A stretch of DNA of 64,000 nt, from positions 23,754-87,753 of the forward strand of contig NZ_DAIEIF010000037.1 of assembly GCF_027352905.1 (NCBI RefSeq), read 5' to 3'. The notes under the pieces are model-generated. The model was given only the letters and a program-made list of their open reading frames with translations, was not told the DNA's origin and searched no databases. The DNA is from Acidocella sp. Lineage in GTDB: Bacteria; Pseudomonadota; Alphaproteobacteria; Acetobacterales; Acetobacteraceae. Positions 8,743 through 18,438 of the stretch are shown here, in pieces; the first letter of the stretch is position 1, and every line of letters begins with the position of its first letter. The position numbers and the translations under genes were made by a program.

Positions 8743-11700
8743 TGGCCGCGCCGGCGCGGGGCAGCCAGCTTAACGGTAAGGCGGCGATGGGCAACCGGAC
8801 TTGCCGCCGCGGGGCGGCAAAGGCAATATCCGCGCGCGCGCCCATCCAGAGTCCGGCATCGCCCGGCGCGCGCGGCAGCCACCCAGCGCCCGGGCGCAGC
8901 CCCCGCGCGGCGCCCAGGCAGAGGCCAAGCTCCCGCCGGTCCTCGGAGTCCGGGTCCGTGTCGGCCGGGGCGGTGGCCGGGCAGAGAAGGGTAAGGCCGG
9001 GCACGGGCCGGGCAAAGTGGAAGCTCGCGTAACGCCGGCCGGATTGCAAACTAATCTCCGGCAGCGCGCTTTGCCCCGCCGCCACCGCCCGCAAACGCGG
9101 TACATAGCCCGCGGCGAACCCCGCCGCCAGCGCGGTCTCGTGCAGCCGCCGCCGCACCGCCGCCAGCCGCGCCCCGCTGGTGACCGTGGGGGCATAAGGG
9201 CGCGCCGCCGGGCTGCGCCGCCCCAGCTCGTGAGACAGCCCGGCCCGGTTGCCGCTGCAGAAATAGGATTCGCAGTCTAGCCCCTCGGCCAGGAGAATTT
9301 CGTGCCGGTCAAGTTCCACATGGTAATAGGTCATGGCCGGCGCGGCCTCGTCACGCCGTATGGTCGCGCCATTGACCAGATGGCTCACGGGAATCAACAC
9401 CCCCCCGGCATGAACGCAATGCAAGGGTGAGAGCCGCAGCGTCCGGGCGGGCTTGCCCGGACCGAACGCCCCGGGCGATACGATGACCGGCTGTCCCATC
9501 CTCGCCACGCCGGCAGCGAGGTCAAGCGTGCGCCAGCCGATCCAGCGCACCGGCCGCCGCTCCCCCCGGGCGGTGATGAGCGGATCGCCCGGGCGCAGGG
9601 TTTCCACCAGGCGGTAGCCATCGGGCGTCAGCAGCCTGGTGCCCCGCGCGAAACAGGGCAGCTCCCCGCCCAAAGTGATGAGCGCGCCGCCATTGCCATC
9701 GGCACCGACCTGGAGCGATGCCTTCGCCGACCCCAGGGTCTGTATGCCGAATTGCGCGATGGTGGCGCCTTGATTGTTCAATACCACCACCTCGCCACCG
9801 CTTTGCAGGGAGACCAGCCCGGAGGCGACGCCCACCAGATCCACCGCGTCGTAATCCGTCATGCCGGTGATGCCGGAGAGGCCCGCCCCTACATCGTCCA
9901 GCACCAGCAGCGCCGAGCCGCCCGCGAAGCCCACGGGCACACCCACGAAATTATTGGTGGAGATTTCCAGCGTGGAGAAGCCGTTGATTTGCAGAGAGGC
10001 CTGGCCGCCTATGCTTCCAGCTGAGAGCAACAGCCGCCCGCCACTGGCCTCCACCACCCCGCTATTGAACAATTGCCCGGCGGCGATGACGCCCTGCCCC
10101 GTCAAGGTCCCCGCGGCCTGAATCAGCCCCGCCTGAAGGGAACCGCCCGCGAGGCTGCCGTTCTGGAGGATGATCGTACCAGAGGCCGATATTTGGCCGG
10201 CATCCGTGAGCGTCCCGCCAGACTGAATGAAATCGCCTGCCCGCAAGGCGGCGTCCACGCCGACCGTGAGGCTGCCGCCGGCAAGAAGCTGGGCCTGGCC
10301 GGAAATGCTCATCCCGGCCAGGCCACCCACCTCCAGCGTGCCGGATCCCGCATAGCTGGCGGCGGTGAGAGCGGCGCTTCCGGCCAAAGTCATCGACCCC
10401 GAATTGCTTATGCTCCCTAGCGTGGCGGTGGCGGTTCCATAGGCATCGAGCGTGCCGCTCGCCCCCACGGTGAGGGCCGAAGCGGCGAGCGTGCCCGTCT
10501 CGTAGATCGCGGCCGCCCCGCCCGCCCCTGCCAAAATGGCATCGGAGACGCTGAGGCCGCCCATCACCGCCAGGCTGGCCCCGCTGCCGCCCGCGCTGGC
10601 CATGACGAGATTGCCGGTGATGCTGGCGCTGTCCGTCAGCACCTCCAGCGCCCCTGCTCCGCTGGCGTCGCCAAGCGTGACCCCGCCTTGCAGGCTCACG
10701 CTCGCCGCGCCTCCAAACACGGCGTTACCGCCACCGTCGACCTGCATCGCCGTACCGGACATACCGCTGGCGAAGAGATCATCGTTAAATTCCACCTGCC
10801 CCGCGACCAGCACGCCCCCCACCGCATAGGGCGTTGTCGCGTTGTACAACGATCCGCTGCTGCCGAAGCTGATCAGCTCCGCTTCCGTGAAACCTCCTCC
10901 GGAATACCCGTTCACCGTGCCGGCATGGCCAATGGCGACGCCGCTGACCAGGCTGTGCAGCCCGGCCAGCGTCCCCGTGCCGCTGCTCACGGTGATGACG
11001 TCCAGCATGCCCGTGCCGATATAGCTGACCATGGCCAGATCCGCGTTCATCGCGGCGAGGTTGGGGGCGGTGAGAATGATGGAACCGGCGGGGGTCTGCG
11101 CCCCGGTGGTAAGCTTACCATGCGCAGCGGAAAGCGTGAGGGTGAGGCTCATCGTCGTGGGCGCTGCGAGAACGAGGCTCAAACCCGGCACCGGTTGCGC
11201 CACGCCCGCGCTGGCCGCAAAGCCGCCGTAATAGCTGATGGCGGGAGAATAGCCGTGCAGCACCACATCCGCGTCGCCGCCAGCGTCGAAGCTGGCAGCG
11301 GGCATCAGCCCGGCGGGAATATTGGCGAAGAGCGTATAGCTTTGCGAAAGGCCATTCTCGTCCGTCCCGGAGACGACGAAGGAAGAGCTCCCCGCCAGGG
11401 TGTTGATGTTATGAACGCTAAGCCCGGTCAGCCCGGGAAAGATCAGCTCATCGCCGAGGCCGAAGCCTGTCACCGTACCGGAGAAATCGGCCGGACCCTT
11501 GATGACGAAGGCACCGCCAGTGCCGCCGAGCGGGTCGGCCCATTGACCCGTTATGGGCGCGCTGCCCGCGCCGAGAAAATTCAGCGTTACCCCGCTCTGC
11601 ACCGTAAGCGGGGTGGTGTCGAAAATGCCAAACAGCGAATCGTCCGGCCCCAGCACCATCACCCCGCCGCCCGCCACGTCGAGATTCACCCCGGCGGCAA

Positions 11701-12991
11701 CCAACCCGGCATCGATCTCCAGCGTCTCGCCCTGCAAGGCGAGGATGGTGCCAGTGCCGTCGATCATTCCGGATTCCGAGAAATCGCCCACCGCCAGAGT
11801 GCCGCCGCCCTCCAGCACCGCGCCGGCGCCCAGGCTCAGCCCCTCCTCGTAATCATTCCGCGCCCCGGTATCCACGTTCAGGCTGCCGCTAAAATCCGCG
11901 AGCGCGCCGGGGTTCAGCGCCAGCTCGCCGCCCAACAGGGCCGCGCCGCCCAACACCAGCTGGCCGGAAACCAGAACATCCTCCACACCGATCGTGCCAA
12001 AATCATAGCTCGTGCCGCTGAGCTGCGCGGAATTGTTATAAGGCAATTCTAGATCCGCCCCGGGGGCGATGGAAACGGCGCCGCCCGCCAGATTGCCCAT
12101 GACCGATAAGAGCCCGGTAACATCCAGCGTGCCGGAGATCGTCTCCGGCCCGGTCATCAGGGTCTCGCCGCCCAGCTGGTAGGTACCGGGCGCGGCGGCT
12201 GGCCCCACGGTGTTGAGATAGATATTGCCCGAGGTCACGGCCCGGGGCAGCACGCCATCGTGATTCCACAGCGCGTAGGTGAGGTGCTGGCCCGAGGCGA
12301 GCGAGGGCCCGGCGAATTCCAGCGAGGTCAACAGGCTGTTGAGAAGACCGATCTCATTGGCGCTCAGGGTGAGCTGGATGGTGCCGGTGCCGATGCCTTG
12401 AGCGCTGATCCCGGAATTGGGATCATACTCCGGCAGGAGCAGCACCCCGGCGTTGAGCGAGAGCGTGAGTTGCAGCGTCTCCTCCGCGCCCAGCCCCATC
12501 GCCGCCAGGGCGCTGGCCGCGGGGTCGGCGGCCAGGAGATACGGCAGCCCCAGCGGCTGGTTGGGCGCCAGGGTCACCAATTTGACGGGGTTGACGAAGG
12601 CGGGGCCGGTTTGCGGCGCCAGGGACAGGGCGAAACCGCTCACCGCGTAACCGCCCTGATCATCTTCCGCCAAGATCGAAATCGTATCCGCGGCCACCCC
12701 GGACGGCTCGGAAATTTGCAGCGCCGCCAGGGCGGCGTTCACCTCGGAGAGCGAGCCGCTCAGCGTGAGCGTATTCGCGCTCATGGAGACGCCCGCGCCA
12801 AACGCATTGGCCACAGCGAGCGTCGCGGCCGGGTTCGCCGCTATCAGCTGCACCGTGATATTCGCGCCGGAATGACCATCCGCCACGGCGAGGCGGGCGG
12901 GCAAACCGGAAAGTGAGGAAAGGCCAGGCAGGCCCGCAATGGCGGACACCGTCGCGGGAACGTTGATATTGATGGCTTGAGTCACAACCAC
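8717..12991 (-). CDS. Large Gly/Ala/Ser-rich surface-type protein with C-proximal Hint (bacterial intein-like) domain
   Basis: 1424 aa. Hint begins LP|[13 protein letters not shown] (Cys1113, codon 9655-9653) with [35 protein letters not shown]-terminal domain contains [10 protein letters not shown]-terminal region has cadherin/Ig-like and beta-helix-like repeats. Confidence 0.9.
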   Translation of the reverse strand: MVVTQAININVPATVSAIAGLPGLSSLSGLPARLAVADGHSGANITVQLIAANPAATLAVANAFGAGVSMSANTLTLSGSLSEVNAALAALQISEPSGVAADTISILAEDDQGGYAVSGFALSLAPQTGPAFVNPVKLVTLAPNQPLGLPYLLAADPAASALAAMGLGAEETLQLTLSLNAGVLLLPEYDPNSGISAQGIGTGTIQLTLSANEIGLLNSLLTSLEFAGPSLASGQHLTYALWNHDGVLPRAVTSGNIYLNTVGPAAAPGTYQLGGETLMTGPETISGTLDVTGLLSVMGNLAGGAVSIAPGADLELPYNNSAQLSGTSYDFGTIGVEDVLVSGQLVLGGAALLGGELALNPGALADFSGSLNVDTGARNDYEEGLSLGAGAVLEGGGTLAVGDFSESGMIDGTGTILALQGETLEIDAGLVAAGVNLDVAGGGVMVLGPDDSLFGIFDTTPLTVQSGVTLNFLGAGSAPITGQWADPLGGTGGAFVIKGPADFSGTVTGFGLGDELIFPGLTGLSVHNINTLAGSSSFVVSGTDENGLSQSYTLFANIPAGLMPAASFDAGGDADVVLHGYSPAISYYGGFAASAGVAQPVPGLSLVLAAPTTMSLTLTLSAAHGKLTTGAQTPAGSIILTAPNLAAMNADLAMVSYIGTGMLDVITVSSGTGTLAGLHSLVSGVAIGHAGTVNGYSGGGFTEAELISFGSSGSLYNATTPYAVGGVLVAGQVEFNDDLFASGMSGTAMQVDGGGNAVFGGAASVSLQGGVTLGDASGAGALEVLTDSASITGNLVMASAGGSGASLAVMGGLSVSDAILAGAGGAAAIYETGTLAASALTVGASGTLDAYGTATATLGSISNSGSMTLAGSAALTAASYAGSGTLEVGGLAGMSISGQAQLLAGGSLTVGVDAALRAGDFIQSGGTLTDAGQISASGTIILQNGSLAGGSLQAGLIQAAGTLTGQGVIAAGQLFNSGVVEASGGRLLLSAGSIGGQASLQINGFSTLEISTNNFVGVPVGFAGGSALLVLDDVGAGLSGITGMTDYDAVDLVGVASGLVSLQSGGEVVVLNNQGATIAQFGIQTLGSAKASLQVGADGNGGALITLGGELPCFARGTRLLTPDGYRLVETLRPGDPLITARGERRPVRWIGWRTLDLAAGVARMGQPVIVSPGAFGPGKPARTLRLSPLHCVHAGGVLIPVSHLVNGATIRRDEAAPAMTYYHVELDRHEILLAEGLDCESYFCSGNRAGLSHELGRRSPAARPYAPTVTSGARLAAVRRRLHETALAAGFAAGYVPRLRAVAAGQSALPEISLQSGRRYASFHFARPVPGLTLLCPATAPADTDPDSEDRRELGLCLGAARGLRPGAGWLPRAPGDAGLWMGARADIAFAAPRRQVRLPIAALPLSWLPRAGAAIDAPRPKL

Positions 12992-13010
12992 AAGTTACAC
13001 GTTTCTTGAT

Positions 13011-13035
13011 AACCAGCAACTGACAATTGCTGGTT
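13011..13035. promoter_or_regulatory. Perfect 9-7-9 inverted repeat in the Hint-gene/rnr divergent region (candidate operator)
   Basis: AACCAGCAA-CTGACAA-TTGCTGGTT. Confidence 0.6.
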
Positions 13036-13087
13036 GAACTTAGGAAATATCATTTTCCCCCGGGCGGTCCGGCCCCATACTGGGCGC

Positions 13088-15316
13088 ATGAAAACCCGCC
13101 GCAAGCAAACCGCCAAGACCACGCCCGCCCAAGCCGGAGAGGGCCGCCTCTCCCTGCCCAGCCGCGCCGAGCTGAAGGAGTTTCTTGCAAAGGCCCCGGA
13201 CAGCCAGCATTTGCGCGATGTGGCGCGCGCTTTCTCGGTGCCGCCGGAAGGCCGTAAGGCGCTGCGGGGGCTGATGAAATCCCTGGAAGAAAGCGGCCAG
13301 GCCGAACGCGCGGGGCGCAAGCGTCTCACCGAATCCGGACGCCTCGCCGAAACCGCTCTGGTCGAGGTGACCGGGATAGACCGGGACGGCGAGGCCATCG
13401 CCCGCCCCGTGGCATGGGAGGGGCCGGGCCGCCCGCCGGTGATATTCATGCAGCCGGAGCGGCGGGGGGCGGCCGCGCTCGCCCCAGGGGCGAAGGTGCT
13501 GGCGCGTCTGCGGCGAATCGGCGCGGATAAATATGAGGGCCGCACGCTGCGGCGGGTGGAGGGCGCGGCGGGCGGCATTGTCGGGCTGTTCCATGCCACG
13601 CCGCGCGGCGGGCGGATCGAGCCGGTGGACCGGCGGCAGAAAGGCGAATGGATAGTGCCGGATGGCGAGACCCTGGGCGCGGAGACTGGCGAGATCGTTC
13701 GCGCCGAGCCGCTGCCCGGCAAGGGTCTCGGCCCAAAGCCCGCCCGCGTGACTGAAAGGCTCGGCAATGCCAATGACGCCCGCTCCGTCAGCCTCATCGC
13801 CATCGCCCAGCACGGCATCCCCACCGAATTTCCTGAAGCGGCGTTGCGCGAGGCAAAGCGGGCGCGGCCCGTGGCGCTGGGCAGGCGGGAGGATTTACGG
13901 GATTTGCCGCTGGTCACCATCGATGGCGCCGATGCCCGCGATTTCGACGACGCCGTGTTCGCCGCGCCGGAACCGCATGGCTACCGGTTGGTCGTCGCCA
14001 TCGCCGATGTGGCTCATTATGTGAAGCCTGGTTCGGCCCTGGACATGGAGGCGCGGCGGCGCGGCAATAGCTGCTATTTTCCCGACCGGGTGGTGCCGAT
14101 GCTGCCCGAGGCGCTCTCCAACGGCCTCTGCTCGCTCAAGCCAGGCGAGGAGCGCGGCTGCCTGTTCGCCGAAATCCATATAGACGTGCACGGCAAAAAG
14201 CTGCGCCACCGTTTCGGGCGCGGGCTAATGCGCTCCCTCGCCCGCAAGACCTACGAGGAGGTGCAGGCGGAGTTCGAGGAGGACCCGGAGACCCATGCCG
14301 CCCTTTACGCGGCCTACGCGGCGCTGGCGGAGGCCCGCCATCATCGCGGCACGCTCAATCTGGACCTACCGGAGCGCAAGGTGACGCTGGGGCCGGACGG
14401 GCAGGTGCAGAGCATCGCACCCCGTCCGCGCCTCGCCAGCCATAAGCTGATCGAGGAATTCATGATCCTCGCCAATGTTTGCGCCGCGGAGGAGCTGGAG
14501 CGGCTGCGCCTGCCTTGCATGTACCGCGTCCACGCCCCGCCCGCGCCGGAAAAGCTGGACAATCTGCGACAATTCCTCGCCACACTCGGCATTTCCCTCA
14601 AAGCCGGGGATCAGCTGCATCCGCGCGATCTCGACGCCATTCTCCGCATGGTCGAGGACACGCCCCAGGCGGCGCTGGTGAACGAGACCATTTTGCGGTC
14701 GCAAAGCCAGGCCGAGTATTCGCCCGACAATATCGGCCATTTTGGCCTCGCCCTCGCCCGCTATGCCCATTTCACCTCACCGATCCGCCGCTATGCGGAT
14801 CTGCTCGTGCACCGGGCGCTCATCAAGGGGCTAAAACTCGGACGCGATGGGCTGACCGAGGCGGAGATCGAAAGCTTCGCCGACACGGCGGAGCACATCA
14901 CCGCCACCGAGCGCCGGGCCACCCTGGCGGAGCGTGACTCCACCGACCGCTACCTTGCGCTCTATTTGCAACACCGCGTGGGAGAGTTGTTCCCCGGCCG
15001 GATTTCGGGGGTGACGAAATTCGGACTCTTCGTCACTTTAACGGAAAGCGGGGCGAGCGGATTCTTAAGTATGGCGAGTCTGCCTGATGATCAGTGGGTT
15101 TTGGATGAGCGCGCCCAAACCCTGTCAGGACGCCGCAGCCGCGTTGTTTTCACCCTGGCTCAGGAGATCGTAATCCGGCTGGCGGAAGCGCGCCCGGTAA
15201 CGGGCGGCCTGCTGTTCAGCCTTGCCACAGTTCCGGAAGGGCAAGCGGCGCGGCGCGGCGGCACCCGCAACACGTCGGGATCCGGCGCCAAGCCCAAACC
15301 AAAGCGGCGGCGGTGA
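13088..15316 (+). CDS. rnr: Ribonuclease R
   Basis: VTIDGADARDFDDA catalytic motif, IEEFMILAN, HFGLAL..YAHFTSPIRRYADL, S1 domain, basic tail KPKPKRRR. ATG 13088 preferred. Confidence 0.96.
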   Translation: MKTRRKQTAKTTPAQAGEGRLSLPSRAELKEFLAKAPDSQHLRDVARAFSVPPEGRKALRGLMKSLEESGQAERAGRKRLTESGRLAETALVEVTGIDRDGEAIARPVAWEGPGRPPVIFMQPERRGAAALAPGAKVLARLRRIGADKYEGRTLRRVEGAAGGIVGLFHATPRGGRIEPVDRRQKGEWIVPDGETLGAETGEIVRAEPLPGKGLGPKPARVTERLGNANDARSVSLIAIAQHGIPTEFPEAALREAKRARPVALGRREDLRDLPLVTIDGADARDFDDAVFAAPEPHGYRLVVAIADVAHYVKPGSALDMEARRRGNSCYFPDRVVPMLPEALSNGLCSLKPGEERGCLFAEIHIDVHGKKLRHRFGRGLMRSLARKTYEEVQAEFEEDPETHAALYAAYAALAEARHHRGTLNLDLPERKVTLGPDGQVQSIAPRPRLASHKLIEEFMILANVCAAEELERLRLPCMYRVHAPPAPEKLDNLRQFLATLGISLKAGDQLHPRDLDAILRMVEDTPQAALVNETILRSQSQAEYSPDNIGHFGLALARYAHFTSPIRRYADLLVHRALIKGLKLGRDGLTEAEIESFADTAEHITATERRATLAERDSTDRYLALYLQHRVGELFPGRISGVTKFGLFVTLTESGASGFLSMASLPDDQWVLDERAQTLSGRRSRVVFTLAQEIVIRLAEARPVTGGLLFSLATVPEGQAARRGGTRNTSGSGAKPKPKRRR

Positions 15317-16836
15317 GGCGCGGCGCAGCGTTTTTCCTCATCTGCTGTTGGCTGGCCTCCGCCATGGGCGGGCGGGCCGCCGCGGCGGGCGCGGGATTCG
15401 ACGCGGGGATGACGGCCAGTGTCTGGTCGGCGGCGCTCGCCTATATCGCGCCGCGCGCCCTCACCCCCGTCACCATCCCGCAAATGACAATATGGGGCTT
15501 GAACGGGCTGGCGGCGCTCGATCCCAATTTCAACACCGTCTTCCAGGACGGGCAGGTTCGCCTTTACGGCCCGAACGGATTGTTATTTGCCTTACCCGCC
15601 CCCGCCGCGAATGACGCGAATGGCTGGGGGCAGGCCGCCGCGCGCATCGCCGCCGCCGCCTACGCCAACTCGGCCGCGCTGCAAAACGCCGGCACCCAGG
15701 AAATCATCGGCAATTTTTTCGATGAGCTGTTCAACCATTTCGATCCTTATTCCCGATATGAAAGTCCGGTGCAGGCCGCGCAGGAGCAACTGATGATCAC
15801 CGGGCTGGCGGGAACCGGCCTCACCCTCGCCGCCGAGAATGGGCGGGTGGTGGTGGCGCAGGTGGCGGCGGACAGCCCCGCCGACGACGCCGGCATCCAG
15901 CCCGGAGCCGTGGTGCTCAGCGTCGATGGACGCGCCGCCTCCCCCGGCATGGTGGATGAGCTCAATGCCCGGATGAACGGTCTGCCGAACACGACGCTCG
16001 ATCTCGTCATCGCCGACCCTGACGATCCGGCCGGCCGGCAGAGCTTTACCCTCACGCGGGGGTTCATCCCGCCGCAGACCGTGTTCGTGCAACCGCCGCT
16101 GGGGCATGGGATCGTTGAGATGAAGATCACCGGCTTCAACAAGGGCACGGGTGACCAGTTCGCCATGGCCCTGGCGCAGGTGATGAGCCAAAACGGGACG
16201 CTGGCGGGGCTGGTGCTTGATTTGCGCGGCAATCGCGGCGGGGTGCTGCGCCAGGCGGTGCTCGTGGCGGATTCGCTGCTGCAATCGGGCCCCATCGCCG
16301 AGACCAATGGGCGTGATCCGGACGCGGACCAGTTCTTCAAGGCCGAGGGAGCGGATTTGACCGGGGGCGCGAAACTGGCCGTGCTGGTGGATGGCCAGAC
16401 GGCGAGTGCCGCGGAAATCCTCGCCGCCGCGCTTGCCGATGACGGCCGGGGCGTGGTCATCGGCTCGGAAACCCTGGGCAAGGGCCTCGTCCAGACCGTC
16501 ACGGCCCTGCCGGATGGCGGTGAGCTTTATGTCACCTGGAGCCAGGTGCTCGCCCCGCGGGGCTGGCCCCTGCAAGGGCTAGGGCTGATGCCGCAGGTCT
16601 GCACCAGCAACGGCCCCGCCGCGCTGAAGGCGCAGCTCAACGCCCTCGCGGCCGGGCGAAACCTGATGGCGCCGGCGCTCTCACAGGCGCGGGCGATGCG
16701 CCCGCCCGTGAGCGTGGAGGCGGTGCTGGCGCTGCGCAGCCATTGCCCGGCGGCGATCGGCGGCGCCATGGACGAGGAGGCCGCCCAAGCCGTGCTCGCC
16801 AACAATGCCATGTATCAGGCGGCGCTGCTCCATTAA
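15313..16836 (+). CDS. S41-family (CtpA/Prc-like) periplasmic peptidase with PDZ domain
   Basis: Signal peptide, DPYSRY, PDZ (SPADDAGIQPG), LVLDLRGNRGG, TASAAE (Ser), TLGKGLVQ (Lys). GTGA overlap with the rnr stop. Confidence 0.9.
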   Translation: MRRGAAFFLICCWLASAMGGRAAAAGAGFDAGMTASVWSAALAYIAPRALTPVTIPQMTIWGLNGLAALDPNFNTVFQDGQVRLYGPNGLLFALPAPAANDANGWGQAAARIAAAAYANSAALQNAGTQEIIGNFFDELFNHFDPYSRYESPVQAAQEQLMITGLAGTGLTLAAENGRVVVAQVAADSPADDAGIQPGAVVLSVDGRAASPGMVDELNARMNGLPNTTLDLVIADPDDPAGRQSFTLTRGFIPPQTVFVQPPLGHGIVEMKITGFNKGTGDQFAMALAQVMSQNGTLAGLVLDLRGNRGGVLRQAVLVADSLLQSGPIAETNGRDPDADQFFKAEGADLTGGAKLAVLVDGQTASAAEILAAALADDGRGVVIGSETLGKGLVQTVTALPDGGELYVTWSQVLAPRGWPLQGLGLMPQVCTSNGPAALKAQLNALAAGRNLMAPALSQARAMRPPVSVEAVLALRSHCPAAIGGAMDEEAAQAVLANNAMYQAALLH

Positions 16837-16846
16837 CGTATCCTCT

Positions 16847-16875
16847 TGACGAAACCGGCCGGGCTGGGCCATACG
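16847..16875 (+). promoter_or_regulatory. Sigma70-type promoter of rpmG
   Basis: TTGACG-N17-CCATAC upstream of a GGAG RBS. Confidence 0.65.
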
Positions 16876-16896
16876 GCCCGCTCTCGGAGATTGATC

Positions 16897-17064
16897 ATGG
16901 CCAAGTCGAACGTCGTCCAAATCAAGCTGGTTTCCACCGCCGATACCGGCTATTTCTATGTCACGAAGAAGAACGCGCGTGCCCAGACCCAGAAGCTGGA
17001 GCTGAACAAGTACGACCCCGTCGTGCGCAAGCACGTGAAGTTCAAGGAAGCTAAAATAAAGTAA
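16897..17064 (+). CDS. rpmG: 50S ribosomal protein L33 (Cys-less form)
   Basis: [26 protein letters not shown]...[18 protein letters not shown]; 55 aa. Confidence 0.98.
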   Translation: MAKSNVVQIKLVSTADTGYFYVTKKNARAQTQKLELNKYDPVVRKHVKFKEAKIK

Positions 17065-17069
17065 TCCGC

Positions 17070-17091
17070 CGGAGCGGGTAATTCCGCTCCG
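17070..17091 (+). terminator. Hairpin after rpmG (no U-tract)
   Basis: CGGAGCGG-GTAATT-CCGCTCCG. Confidence 0.5.
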
Positions 17092-17134
17092 CCGCGCCTA
17101 TATGCCCTCAGTCCGATGAAGGGGGGCTTATCAG

Positions 17135-18433
17135 ATGCAATTGTTCAGCTGCCAGTCCTGCGGCCAGGCGCTGCTGTTCGAGAATAATCTCTGCGAACGA
17201 TGCGGGCATGAGCTCGGCTTCTGTTCAGAGAGTCTCTCTCTGCTGACGCTTGAGCCGAAAGGCAAGGTATTACGCCCGGTCAAGGGCGGGCGGGACTACC
17301 TGCGTTGCGCCAACGCCCAATATGGCGCCTGCAACTGGCTCATCGCCGTCCCCAAAAAGGGCAAACCAACGGAATTATGCGCGGCCTGCCGCCACAATAA
17401 AACCATTCCCGATCTTTCCGACCCAGCCAATCTCAAGCACTGGCAAGATATCGAGATCGCCAAGCATCGCCTCTTTTATACGCTCCTGCGCCTCGGCCTG
17501 CCGCATCCTGATCTCGCCGAAGACCCCGAGCATGGGCTCGCCTTCGATTTTCTGGCCGATCCTCCCGGCCCTGGCCCACGTATCCTCACCGGTCACGATG
17601 AAGGCTTGATCACCATCAACCTCAAAGAGGCCGATGATGCGATGCGCGAGAAATTCCGCACCGAGATGGGGGAGCCCTACCGCACCCTGCTTGGCCATTT
17701 CCGTCATGAGATCGGTCATTATTATTGGAACGTGCTGGTACGGGACGGCAAGCGGCTCCAGGCCTGCCGGGCCATGTTCGGCGATGATTCGCTCGATTAC
17801 GGCGAGGCGCTGCAGAAACATTACGATGAGGGGCCGCCCGCGAATTGGGCTGACCACTACATCTCCGCCTATGCCACCACCCATCCCTGGGAGGATTTCG
17901 CCGAAACCTGGGCGCATTACCTTCATATCGTCGACACGCTGGAGACCGCCGCCGCCTTCGGCCTGCGCATCCATCCCCGGCGGACGAAAGAGGAAATGCT
18001 GCAAGCCGATATCGACTTCAGCCCCTATAAGGTCGAGCACATATCCCAGCTCATCGACGCGTGGCTTCCCCTCACCTTCGCGATGAATTCGATCAACCGC
18101 TCCATGGGGCATGCGGATCTGTATCCCTTCATCATCTCGCCGCCGGTGATCGAAAAACTCGGCTTCATTCACGAGCTCGTTCATGGCCGGGTGCCGCAAG
18201 ACCAGCCGGAGGCGCCGCCCGCTGAGAGCGCCGCGCCCAAACAAGCCCAGGCCACCCCCAACCCGCCGCCATCGGACCCGCCAGCGCCGCCCGGGCCCTC
18301 GCCCGTTCCACCGCCGGTGGAACCGCCAGGACCAGATATCCAACCTCCGATCCAGGAGCCGCCGGCGGAGCTTCCCCCTTCGGAGATGCCGCCGCCCCAG
18401 CCTCCGGGAGCGCCGCCTCCCCTCCAGGCCTGA
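17135..18433 (+). CDS. Zinc-ribbon plus putative zinc metallopeptidase (DUF2248-like) with Pro-rich tail
   Basis: CQSC..CERCG..C ribbons, HEIGHYYW (HExxH), YATTHPWEDFAETWAHYLH; last ~80 aa Pro-rich. Confidence 0.85.
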   Translation: MQLFSCQSCGQALLFENNLCERCGHELGFCSESLSLLTLEPKGKVLRPVKGGRDYLRCANAQYGACNWLIAVPKKGKPTELCAACRHNKTIPDLSDPANLKHWQDIEIAKHRLFYTLLRLGLPHPDLAEDPEHGLAFDFLADPPGPGPRILTGHDEGLITINLKEADDAMREKFRTEMGEPYRTLLGHFRHEIGHYYWNVLVRDGKRLQACRAMFGDDSLDYGEALQKHYDEGPPANWADHYISAYATTHPWEDFAETWAHYLHIVDTLETAAAFGLRIHPRRTKEEMLQADIDFSPYKVEHISQLIDAWLPLTFAMNSINRSMGHADLYPFIISPPVIEKLGFIHELVHGRVPQDQPEAPPAESAAPKQAQATPNPPPSDPPAPPGPSPVPPPVEPPGPDIQPPIQEPPAELPPSEMPPPQPPGAPPPLQA

Positions 18434-18438
18434 GATGA

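Noticed and set aside
10688-12052. 454-aa ORF opposite the Hint gene
   Set aside because: Shadow frame with Arg/His/Gln-rich composition typical of non-coding antisense.
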